Notes: generated by a model from the sequence alone, not told the origin. A stretch of 12,358 nucleotides of DNA from Candidatus Micrarchaeia archaeon (GCA_039794045.1 JBAMLY010000016.1:1-12358); one strand, 5' to 3'; numbered from the stretch's first letter, positions 1 through 6,798 are shown. Numbers and translations: made by a program.

Positions 1-101
1 GGAGGTTGTTTTCGAACCCCCGTGGCGCGAAGCGCCGCCAGCTTTCCGTGTTTTGCGCGGTGCTTAGCAGGCTGGTGCCATAGCCACTAGGCGACCCCCG
101 C
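1..101 (-). tRNA. tRNA-Ser(GCT) with a 21-nt intron at 37/38 (window 44-64) and a probable second intron in the T-loop; 3' part lies outside the window
   Basis: The reverse complement reads GCGGGGG TC GCC TAGTGGCTAT GGC A CCAGC CT GCT A [agcaccgcgcaaaacacggaa] A GCTGG C GGCGC TTC GCGCC AC GGGGG TTCGAA aacaacctcc. This gives an acceptor 5' strand, D-arm, CCAGC/GCTGG anticodon stem, GCT anticodon (66-68), the long variable arm expected of Ser, and a GTTCGAA T-loop. Confidence 0.9.
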
Positions 102-127
102 TTGCAACTATTTTTTTGTGGGGCGTT

Positions 128-141
128 CATTAAAAGCTTTT
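128..141 (-). promoter_or_regulatory. Probable BRE/TATA promoter of tRNA-Ser
   Basis: The minus strand reads AAAAGC TTTTAATG, ending about 27 nt upstream of tRNA position 1 (101). This matches archaeal promoter spacing. Confidence 0.55.
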
Positions 142-757
142 ATGAGAGGAGGTGTTGGGCTGCTTCGGTGATGTTGGAAGCGCGAATTATTTGTATTCCG
201 AGGTGGCGCAGGCTTTCCTCGCTTTTTATTTTTTGTTGTTTGGATACGACGAACGTGGTTTTGCCTGCTTCGCGTGCGGCGATTATTTTTTCTTCTATTC
301 CGTCGACTTCGCCTATGTCGCCGTTTTCGTTTATTGTGGCGCTGACAGTGGCTTGGTTGTTTAGGGCGTGGCCCGAGTAAAGCGATATTATTGCGATTGT
401 GAATGCTGCTCCAGCGCTTTCTCCTCCGACTATTTTTTGTTGTGGTTGGGCTTCTACTATTAAGTCGGCGTGCTGGAGTGATACGCTCATGAATTTTTCT
501 GCGTTTGCTTTGGCTTTCCTGAGCGAGTTTTCAACGTCTGCCTTGAAACTGGTTTGCGCGATGTTTACGAGGAGGCGTCCTTCGCCTGGTTTTATTGAGA
601 GCTTGAAGGGAATCATTACTCCTCTGCCGTCTTCGCTTACGGCTGGCGCGTTGAATTCGATGGTGGAGGCTGGCGGTGTGGCGATGAGGTAGCCGGCGTA
701 CGAGGCGGCGATGGCGAGGGCTAGAATTGTTGTGGTTAAGGCGAGTTGCTTGATCAT
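140..757 (-). CDS. Lon-like S16 serine protease catalytic domain with N-terminal signal/TM anchor and no ATPase (COG1750-like archaeal protease), 205 aa
   Basis: Hydrophobic N-terminus (LALTTTILALAIAASYAGYLI), KPGEGR strand, GGESAG catalytic Ser, and a Lys 43 residues later (VDGIEEKIIAA), which is the Lon Ser-Lys dyad spacing. Confidence 0.88.
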   Translation of the reverse strand: MIKQLALTTTILALAIAASYAGYLIATPPASTIEFNAPAVSEDGRGVMIPFKLSIKPGEGRLLVNIAQTSFKADVENSLRKAKANAEKFMSVSLQHADLIVEAQPQQKIVGGESAGAAFTIAIISLYSGHALNNQATVSATINENGDIGEVDGIEEKIIAAREAGKTTFVVSKQQKIKSEESLRHLGIQIIRASNITEAAQHLLS

Positions 758-760
758 TTT

Positions 761-1606
761 TTAGTCCTCCTTGAACAAGGCATAGGCTTGCGTTATGTTG
801 CTTACTTCTAGGACGTTGATTCCGATTGCTTGCGAGATGTTGGCTTCTTCTACGACTTCGTAAGTGCTTACCACGCATTTCTCGTAGGGTTTTTTTTCGT
901 TGGGAATGAATTCTTTTGTGCAGGAACGGTTTTCTATGGTGCGAGAGATTTTGGTGGTTGACTCGCCGGGGGGGACGAGGAGAGTGGAATAGCCTGCTTC
1001 TTTTGCTGCTTGGGCTTTAAACAATATTTTTCCTACTGGCCCTATTCTGCCGTCGGGTTGAATGGTGCCGGTTATGAGGGTGTCGTTGCGGAGGTTGCTG
1101 CCTTCAAGTAATGCCATCAACGCTATTGCGGTGGCCGCGCCAGCGCTTTTGCCGCTCACTGCTTCGGAGGGCGTGTTGATGGTGAAGAAGTAGTCTTGAT
1201 TGGTTTCGTTGAGTGAAGTGATGCCGGTGGCTTGCTTTGCTGCTTCTATTGCGGTGCGTATTGATACTTGGGTGTCGTTCATTATTATTGGGTTGGAGTC
1301 GCTGAAGCTAATGAATACTTGTCCTGTTCCTGGCTTGGCGGTTACCGTGAGCTCGGCGATTATTCCTTTGTTTGTCGAGGTTACGGCGGGGAGCTTCAAA
1401 GAAATTTTGCGTGTGGGGGCGGCGGTTGCGGGGGGCGTGGAAGGGAAAGGTGTTACAGTGGGCTGGTCTGGCGCGACTACGTAGTAGGGAGTCGGAATTG
1501 CTTGTGGTTGGGTTGGCGCTTCGCTTAAGTGTGACGCGGCTTGGTAGCCTATCACGGCAGCGGCGGCCGCGCACAAGGCGAGCGCGAGAAAATCTATTTG
1601 CTTCAT
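761..1606 (-). CDS. Lon-like S16 serine protease catalytic domain with signal/TM anchor and Pro/Thr-rich linker, no ATPase; paralog of 140-757 (alternative TTG start at 1612)
   Basis: LPAV..G, KPGTGQVF, DTQVS, SGKSAG (Ser), ITGTIQPDGRIGPVG and ILFKAQAA (Lys at +43). The N-terminus is a hydrophobic helix followed by a PT-rich stalk. Confidence 0.88.
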   Translation of the reverse strand: MKQIDFLALALCAAAAAVIGYQAASHLSEAPTQPQAIPTPYYVVAPDQPTVTPFPSTPPATAAPTRKISLKLPAVTSTNKGIIAELTVTAKPGTGQVFISFSDSNPIIMNDTQVSIRTAIEAAKQATGITSLNETNQDYFFTINTPSEAVSGKSAGAATAIALMALLEGSNLRNDTLITGTIQPDGRIGPVGKILFKAQAAKEAGYSTLLVPPGESTTKISRTIENRSCTKEFIPNEKKPYEKCVVSTYEVVEEANISQAIGINVLEVSNITQAYALFKED

Positions 1607-1629
1607 CGTCAAACCTTTTTTTGGGGGGT

Positions 1630-1901
1630 GCGGTTTCGGCGCCTTGGTTTGCTGGTGGAGCGAGCAGCCAGTTGGCCGCGTCTTTCCTCGTCCTTGTTTC
1701 CTGCGAGCACGCCTTGAACTGCTTAGAGTTGCTCCTTCCGGCCTGGCTCGTTTCGCGGTTCAGGACGTAACGCAGGGCAAGGAGTCTACGGCAGTTTCGC
1801 GGGCTGGCGGGCGCGCTTCAAGAGCTCGCCGTGGCGTCGCCACGCCTGAAGGGGGTTTGCGTTTACAGGGAACCCCTAGCTCCCCGGCTAGCCGAAACCG
1901 C
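1630..1901 (-). ncRNA. ffs: Archaeal signal recognition particle (SRP/7S) RNA, about 272 nt
   Basis: Perfect 11-bp terminal helix 1 (GCGGTTTCGGC / GCCGAAACCGC). Alu domain GGCTAGCCGGGGAGCTAGGGGTTCCC-TGTAA-ACGCAAACCCCC..GCGT with a UGU turn and complementary GGGG/CCCC loops. SRP54-binding helix 8 motif CCAGG-CC-GGAA-GG-AGCAAC at about 1728-1746. Confidence 0.95.
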
Positions 1902-1920
1902 GAAACAATTAGTGTCTTGC

Positions 1921-1937
1921 AAACTATTTAAATTATA
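1921..1937. promoter_or_regulatory. Shared bidirectional TATA element for the SRP RNA (-) and the first pilin-like gene (+)
   Basis: TATTTAAATT at 1925-1934 contains palindromic ATTTAAAT. It lies about 24 nt from both the SRP 5' end (1901) and the ATG at 1958. Confidence 0.6.
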
Positions 1938-1957
1938 GTCTGGCGTGCAATTCATTC

Positions 1958-2446
1958 ATGCGCTGCAGGGGACAAGGGGGGCCTGAATACGTTTTAGTTG
2001 CCGCGTTCGGCGTGTTGGCTGTAGTGGTAGTGCTTGCTTTGGCGCGGCAAAGCATTTGGCCGCAGGCAGAGCATGAAAGCAATCAGTCGGCGGCGTCCGT
2101 GAGAGAGTTCTTGAACTCGTCGGCAAACAATTCTGGTGGCGCTCCAGCGTCTCTTGGGGTGCGCTTGGTTTCTCCTCCTGACGGTGGCTCTGTTTCGCGG
2201 GGGGTAGTCGAGTTTGTTTTCTCGCCAATTAATTTTACTTCGTTGTTTAACGCTACGCTTTACGGTGACTTTAATGGTTCTTGGGCTGCGAACGAGTCTT
2301 CATCCGACGTTTCTTTTGGTTTGAATAGTTTTTTCGTGGAATTGCCTGCTGGCGGGCCCTTCAAGTGGAACGTTGAAGTATGCGATTTCTCGCCTTCGCC
2401 TGCCTGCGTTTTTGCTTCCGCTAATTACTCGGTGAACGTGACTTGA
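1958..2446 (+). CDS. Class III signal peptide (type IV pilin-like) protein with C-terminal Ig-like beta-sandwich domain, 162 aa
   Basis: N-terminus MRCRG/QGGPEYVLVAAFGVLAVVVVL fits the archaeal prepilin pattern RG/QxxxE plus a hydrophobic helix. The C-terminal V.LVSP.D...NATLY..F.GSW..N...G..KWNV..CD pattern resembles Ig-like repeats of archaeal surface proteins. Nine N-x-S/T sequons. Confidence 0.8.
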   Translation: MRCRGQGGPEYVLVAAFGVLAVVVVLALARQSIWPQAEHESNQSAASVREFLNSSANNSGGAPASLGVRLVSPPDGGSVSRGVVEFVFSPINFTSLFNATLYGDFNGSWAANESSSDVSFGLNSFFVELPAGGPFKWNVEVCDFSPSPACVFASANYSVNVT

Positions 2447-2488
2447 TTTTGCAGCGTTTTTTATACTTGCGTGGCGTAAGAGGGGTTC

Positions 2489-3100
2489 GTGTTGGAACGC
2501 GGGCAGACTGGCGTTGAGTACTTGTTGTTGGCTGGCGCGGTGTTGGTGTTCGTTGCCGCCGTGCTCGTCGTAGTGGAAACCCAGGTTTTCGTGCCTTCCA
2601 AGGCAGCTGGAGGCCGGGGCTCGCAGAGTGCTTGGCAGTCAATTGAAGGAGCTGGAAACTTTTCTTCCACTAACTTTGTTTACGGGTGCGGCACGGTAAG
2701 CGTTCCTGGAAGTTATAGGCTGGTGGCTGACTTGAGTCCGTCGGCTAGCTGCATTGTTGTGGCTGCGAGCAACGTCGTGTTCGACTGCGACTCGCACTTG
2801 ATAAACTTTTCCGGGGGAGCGCCGAACCAGTACGGCGTGGTGGTGCAGGGAAGCAACGTCACGCTCAAGAACTGCGTCGTGGCTTTTTTCGCGCGCGGCG
2901 TGAGCTTGCAAGGCGCGAACAACTCTTTGCAGTCGGTTTCGGCGTGCAATAGCTCGGACTACGATTTTTGGGTTGGAGCGAGCCAGCTTTCGGCTTCTGG
3001 TTTGTCTTGCGGGTTGAATAAGTGTTTTCAGGATGGGGGAGCGTGGGGCGTGTGCGTTCCAAACGTTGCGGGAGCCTCTAATTGCTCGAGTTCGTGTTAG
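2489..3100 (+). CDS. Class III signal peptide (pilin-like) protein with C-terminal right-handed beta-helix (NosD/pectin-lyase-like) domain, 203 aa
   Basis: ERG/QTGVEYLLLAGAVLVFVAAVLVVV prepilin motif. CGTVSVPGSYRLVADL...CIVVAASNVVFDCDSHLI...GVVV.GSNVTLKNCVV..F..GVSL is a typical parallel beta-helix start. Ten Cys and six sequons. GAGGGG lies upstream of the GTG/TTG start. Confidence 0.82.
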   Translation: MLERGQTGVEYLLLAGAVLVFVAAVLVVVETQVFVPSKAAGGRGSQSAWQSIEGAGNFSSTNFVYGCGTVSVPGSYRLVADLSPSASCIVVAASNVVFDCDSHLINFSGGAPNQYGVVVQGSNVTLKNCVVAFFARGVSLQGANNSLQSVSACNSSDYDFWVGASQLSASGLSCGLNKCFQDGGAWGVCVPNVAGASNCSSSC

Positions 3101-3133
3101 GTGGCTTTCTGAGTGCCTTCATAGGTGCCTTCA
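3098..3133 (+). repeat. Three tandem imperfect 12-bp repeats upstream of the ftsZ promoter
   Basis: TAGGTGGCTTTC (3098-3109), TGAGTGCCTTCA (3110-3121), TAGGTGCCTTCA (3122-3133). Confidence 0.65.
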
Positions 3134-3147
3134 AATAGTTTTTAATA
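3133..3147 (+). promoter_or_regulatory. Probable BRE/TATA promoter of ftsZ
   Basis: AAATAG followed by TTTTTAATA (3139-3147) in the intergenic gap. An SD-like AGGTGG (3199-3204) precedes ATG 3210. Confidence 0.55.
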
Positions 3148-3209
3148 TTCTATCGCGTTAATTGAAAGCAGTAAATTCTGCTTCTGAAGAGCGGAACCAG
3201 GTGGTTGCA

Positions 3210-4307
3210 ATGGAGAGCTTTGTCGCTGAAGCGTTGAAGAGCACGCCCAAGAGCGGGTCTTTTGGTGGGTCGCTTGCTTCGCGCAAGGAGAAAGAGGAAA
3301 TGTTTGAGACGCCAAAAATAATGGTTGTCGGCGCTGGCGGCGCTGGATGCAATTCCATTAACCGGTTGGCTCGCGCTGGAATAAAGGGCGCGGAACTCGT
3401 TGCAGTGAACACTGACCGCTTGCACTTGACTACGATAAGCGAGTCAGTGAAGAAGGTATTGATTGGCGCCAGCATTACTCGCGGGTTGGGTGCCGGCGGC
3501 TATCCTGAAGTGGGAATGAAGTGCGCTGACGCTTCCCGCGACGCACTCGAAAAAATTTTGGAGAACGCCGACCTCGTATTTCTCACGGCAGGCATGGGCG
3601 GCGGCACTGGCACTGGAGCTGCTCCAGTAATCGGGGAAATCGCGCGCAAGCAAGGCGCTATAGTGATAAGCATAGTTACTTACCCGTTCGCATTAGAGCG
3701 CGCGCGCTTGGAAAAGGCAGACCAAGGACTTGAAGCGCTGAAGCCCAACAGTGACACCATTATAGTGATAGACAACAACCGCTTAGTGCAAATAGTTCCC
3801 AACCTGCCGATAGACCAGGCGTTCAACGTGGCAGACGAAATTATTGCGCGCGCCGTGCGTGGGATTACTGAAACAATAATGACTCCCTCGCTCGTCAACC
3901 TTGACTTTGCGGACGTGCGAGCGGTCATGACTAACGGCGGAGTTTCCATGATTGCAGTCGGCGAAGCCAAGGGTCCCGACCGCGCAAAGGAAGTCGTGAA
4001 AAACACTCTCAACCACGCCTTGCTCGACGTTGACTTCACGGGGGCGACTGGCGTGTTGTTGCACATTACTGGCGGGCCTGACATGACTTTGGGTGAGTGC
4101 AACCAAATCGGCGAAGCCTTGACTGAAAGCGTTGACCCCAACGCTACAGTAATTTGGGGGGCGCGCGTTGACCCCAACTTTGAAGGGAAAATAGAGGCGA
4201 TCGCCATCTTCACTGGAATAAGGAGTCCTTACGTGCTCGGGAAAACCACGCGCCAGGAAACCGCTCGCGCGTCAAAAGACGACTTGAGCCAAATAGAATT
4301 CATTTGA
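3210..4307 (+). CDS. ftsZ: Cell division protein FtsZ (archaeal FtsZ2-type)
   Basis: VVGAGGAGCN, AVNTD, GLGAGG, tubulin signature GMGGGTGTG and NLDFAD T7 loop. PFALERAR, TPSLVN, NHALLDVD and HITGGPD resemble haloarchaeal FtsZ2 as I recall it. Start placed at ATG 3210 (SD AGGTGG) rather than TTG 3162. Confidence 0.97.
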   Translation: MESFVAEALKSTPKSGSFGGSLASRKEKEEMFETPKIMVVGAGGAGCNSINRLARAGIKGAELVAVNTDRLHLTTISESVKKVLIGASITRGLGAGGYPEVGMKCADASRDALEKILENADLVFLTAGMGGGTGTGAAPVIGEIARKQGAIVISIVTYPFALERARLEKADQGLEALKPNSDTIIVIDNNRLVQIVPNLPIDQAFNVADEIIARAVRGITETIMTPSLVNLDFADVRAVMTNGGVSMIAVGEAKGPDRAKEVVKNTLNHALLDVDFTGATGVLLHITGGPDMTLGECNQIGEALTESVDPNATVIWGARVDPNFEGKIEAIAIFTGIRSPYVLGKTTRQETARASKDDLSQIEFI

Positions 4308-4330
4308 AGGCTTAAAAGAACGCGGGCGCG

Positions 4331-4346
4331 CAAACGCTTTTTATTT
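4331..4346 (+). promoter_or_regulatory. Probable BRE/TATA for tpiA (likely leaderless or short leader)
   Basis: CAAACGC TTTTTATTT ends about 22 nt before ATG 4368. Confidence 0.45.
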
Positions 4347-4367
4347 CCTAGTGCTCACAAGGAAAGC

Positions 4368-5042
4368 ATGCGTTACTTGGCGCTTAACTTCAAGGCTTTC
4401 GCTGAAAGCAGTGGCGCGAACGGGTTGAGGTTGTGCCGCGCGGCAAGCGAAGCCGCTTCAGCGTTTCACGGCGTGGAAGTAATCGTGGCTCCGCAGGCGA
4501 GCGACTTGCACTGGCTTGCTAGCCAAGAGCTTCCACTCATAAAAATTTTTGCTCAGCACTGCGACTCAAACCAGCCAGGCGCTTTCACTGGAAGCACTAC
4601 AGCGCGCGCTTTGAAGGACGCTGGTTGCCACGGCACGCTCTTGAACCACGCTGAAAAAAAGGTTTCACTGCAGCAAGCCGGCCAAGCAATAAGCAATTGC
4701 AGTTTGCTGGGCTTGCGCGTGCTCGCTTGCGCTAAAGACGTGGAAGAAGGAGTTGCTCTCGCGCGGCTTTCTCCTTGGGGGGTGGCAGTAGAGCCCCCTG
4801 AACTTATTGGGGGCGGCGTGAGCGTGAGTTCCGCGAAGCCAGAAGTAGTCGAGGAAGCAGTTGCCTGCATCAAGCAAGCGAACCCTAGCGTCGTTGTTCT
4901 CGTCGGCGCGGGAGTAAGCAATGCAGCCGACGCTCGCAAGTGCGTGGAGCTTGGCGCGCAAGGCGTCTTGTTGGCGAGTGCTTTCGTGAAAGCGCGCGAG
5001 CCCCGCGAGTGGGTTGAACAAGTCCTCCGCGCCCTGGAATGA
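4368..5042 (+). CDS. tpiA: Triosephosphate isomerase, archaeal type, 224 aa
   Basis: NFK (Lys), AQH, LLNHAE (His), AVEPPELIG (Glu), GAGV and GVLLASA motifs, with the short archaeal length. Confidence 0.97.
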   Translation: MRYLALNFKAFAESSGANGLRLCRAASEAASAFHGVEVIVAPQASDLHWLASQELPLIKIFAQHCDSNQPGAFTGSTTARALKDAGCHGTLLNHAEKKVSLQQAGQAISNCSLLGLRVLACAKDVEEGVALARLSPWGVAVEPPELIGGGVSVSSAKPEVVEEAVACIKQANPSVVVLVGAGVSNAADARKCVELGAQGVLLASAFVKAREPREWVEQVLRALE

Positions 5043-5049
5043 GTTATTC

Positions 5050-6798
5050 CTACATTTTTTCTGGTGCGGCAATGCCGAGCACGCTGAGCCCATTGCGTAG
5101 CACGGTTGCTGTAGCAGCGACGATTGCGAGGCGCTGGCTGCGAAGCTCGGTGGTTTCAGCGTTTAGTACAGGCGAGAACTCGTAGAACGAGCTGAAGGCG
5201 GCGCACAAGCGCAGCAAGTAATCGCACACGATGTTGGGAGCAAAAGATTTTGCCGCGCAAGAAATCGTGGCAGGGTAGTTTGAAATAGTTCGGAGTAGCC
5301 TGCGCTCGTGCTCGTTAAGGGAAAGCTTTTCCTGCGGCTTAAGTGCTTGCTGGAGTGCTTTCTTGTCAGTGCCTGCCTTGCGCAAAATGTTTTTGCAACG
5401 CACGAGCGAGTACTGCACGTAAGCTCCCGTGTCTCCCTCGAAGGAAACTATTTTCCGCAAATCGAACTCAATGTTTTTTTCTGCGCTCACGCGCAGCGTA
5501 GCAAACTTTAGCGAGCCGACTCCTATTAGTTGCGCGGCCTCGCTTGCTTCTTCTTCAGTGGTTTTCTCGCCTGTCCGCGCCTCTTTTTTTTCTTGTCTTG
5601 CCAGCACTTGCTTTCTTGCTTCCGATACTGCTTCGCTTACTACGTCTTCCAGGAAAACCATTCGTCCTTCCCGCGTGCTTATCACTCCGCCTTGCAGGGT
5701 GAGGAAGCCGAATCCCTTGTGCGCGCACTTGCCGGCGTAAGGCCGTCCCAAGAGTTCCAGTACTTTAAAGAGTTGAGCGAAGTGCGTGTTCTGGCGAGAG
5801 TCGGTCGCGTAAAAACTCAAGTTAAAACCGTATTTGGCGTACTTGTAGTCAGCTAACGCAATGTCTCGCGTCAAGTAAAGCGTGGTGCCGTTAGAACGCG
5901 CTATAACCGTGTTAGGCAATCCGTGTTCTTCTAAGCGCAACACGGTGGCTCCTTCTTCGTCTCTGAAGGCAAGCTTTTTTTCAATTATTTCTTTCACGAC
6001 TTGCCGTGCCGCGTTAATGAAGCTGCTTTCTCCAGTGACTTCATCGAATTCAACGCCAAGCGCTTTGTAGGCTTTAGCGAATGCGTCAAAAGAAAGAGAG
6101 CGAATGCGTTTTACTTCCTCCAAGGTTGCCTCGTCTCCAGCCTCTATTTTGTTGATTACTTCCTTGACTTGCGCGTCTAGCGCCGGGTTTTCGCTTGCCT
6201 CTTTGTTGATGCGCACGTAGTATTCCAGCATGCTTTTCTCGTCAGTGATGGGAGGCAAGTCGCGGTAGCGTTTCAGTGCGAGCAAGAGCTTGGCGACTTG
6301 AGCGCCGCTGTCCCCCAAGTAGTTGAAGCCAATCGCTTTATAGCCAGACGCTGCGAGGAGGCGCTTGACTGCGTCACCGTAAATCGTGGAGCGCACGTGT
6401 CCCACGTGAAGCGGCTTTCCAACGTTGGGGCACGAGTAGTCTACTACTGCCGTCTTTCCCTTGTTTTCCGTGCTGCGGCCGTACCCGCTGCCGAGTTCCA
6501 GTACTTCCTTGAGCGACTCCACGAAAAACTCGTTGGAAAACTTGAAGTTCAAGTAACCGCCGGCAGCTGAAACACTTTCCAGGAAACGCGTTGGCAGGCG
6601 CCGCGAAATTTTTTGTGCTGCCTCTGCCGCGGTTTGCTGGGGGCTTTTGCCGAGTTTTCTCGCCAGCATAAAGCACGCGTTCGAAGACAAGTCGCCGAAC
6701 GCCTCGTGCTTGGGCTCACTTACCTCGAAGTCCGCGAACGACAGCGCTTGTTCTACGAGTTCCCGCGCTTGCCTTTCGGCAACCTCAATCGCGTACAA
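5050..6798 (-). CDS. argS: Arginine--tRNA ligase, 582 aa
   Basis: FGDLSSN N-domain, GGYLNF, VDYSCPNVGKPLHVGHVR (HIGH), NYLGDSG.Q, RSNGTTLYLTRD, ISTREG (KMSKS-equivalent), GDTGAYVQY and C-terminal PEKM. TTG start with GGGAGAGG upstream. Confidence 0.97.
   Translation of the reverse strand: MYAIEVAERQARELVEQALSFADFEVSEPKHEAFGDLSSNACFMLARKLGKSPQQTAAEAAQKISRRLPTRFLESVSAAGGYLNFKFSNEFFVESLKEVLELGSGYGRSTENKGKTAVVDYSCPNVGKPLHVGHVRSTIYGDAVKRLLAASGYKAIGFNYLGDSGAQVAKLLLALKRYRDLPPITDEKSMLEYYVRINKEASENPALDAQVKEVINKIEAGDEATLEEVKRIRSLSFDAFAKAYKALGVEFDEVTGESSFINAARQVVKEIIEKKLAFRDEEGATVLRLEEHGLPNTVIARSNGTTLYLTRDIALADYKYAKYGFNLSFYATDSRQNTHFAQLFKVLELLGRPYAGKCAHKGFGFLTLQGGVISTREGRMVFLEDVVSEAVSEARKQVLARQEKKEARTGEKTTEEEASEAAQLIGVGSLKFATLRVSAEKNIEFDLRKIVSFEGDTGAYVQYSLVRCKNILRKAGTDKKALQQALKPQEKLSLNEHERRLLRTISNYPATISCAAKSFAPNIVCDYLLRLCAAFSSFYEFSPVLNAETTELRSQRLAIVAATATVLRNGLSVLGIAAPEKM

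Noticed and set aside
1630..1901. RNase P RNA or a MITE (11-bp terminal inverted repeat)
   Set aside because: There is no complete RNase P P4 signature (GAGGAAAGTCC with its 3' partner). The inverted repeat is SRP helix 1, and the Alu and helix 8 motifs identify the RNA as SRP.
1622..1912. BHB-mediated circularisation or permutation of the SRP RNA
   Set aside because: The domain order is canonical and no bulge-helix-bulge is visible at the terminal helix.
1372..1931. Plus-strand ORFs 1372-1770 and 1644-1931
   Set aside because: They are antisense to the SRP RNA and the protease gene, have TTG/GTG-type starts, and show no protein-like features.
3162..3209. Longer FtsZ N-terminus from TTG 3162
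   Set aside because: It is too close to the TATA box to be transcribed, and ATG 3210 has a good SD and an FtsZ2-like start.
4305..4311. TGAAGGC (reverse complement of the ftsZ upstream repeat core) at the ftsZ stop, with similar words near 2591 and 6877-6890
   Set aside because: These are 7-8 nt matches expected by chance in 12 kb and are not arranged in an array.
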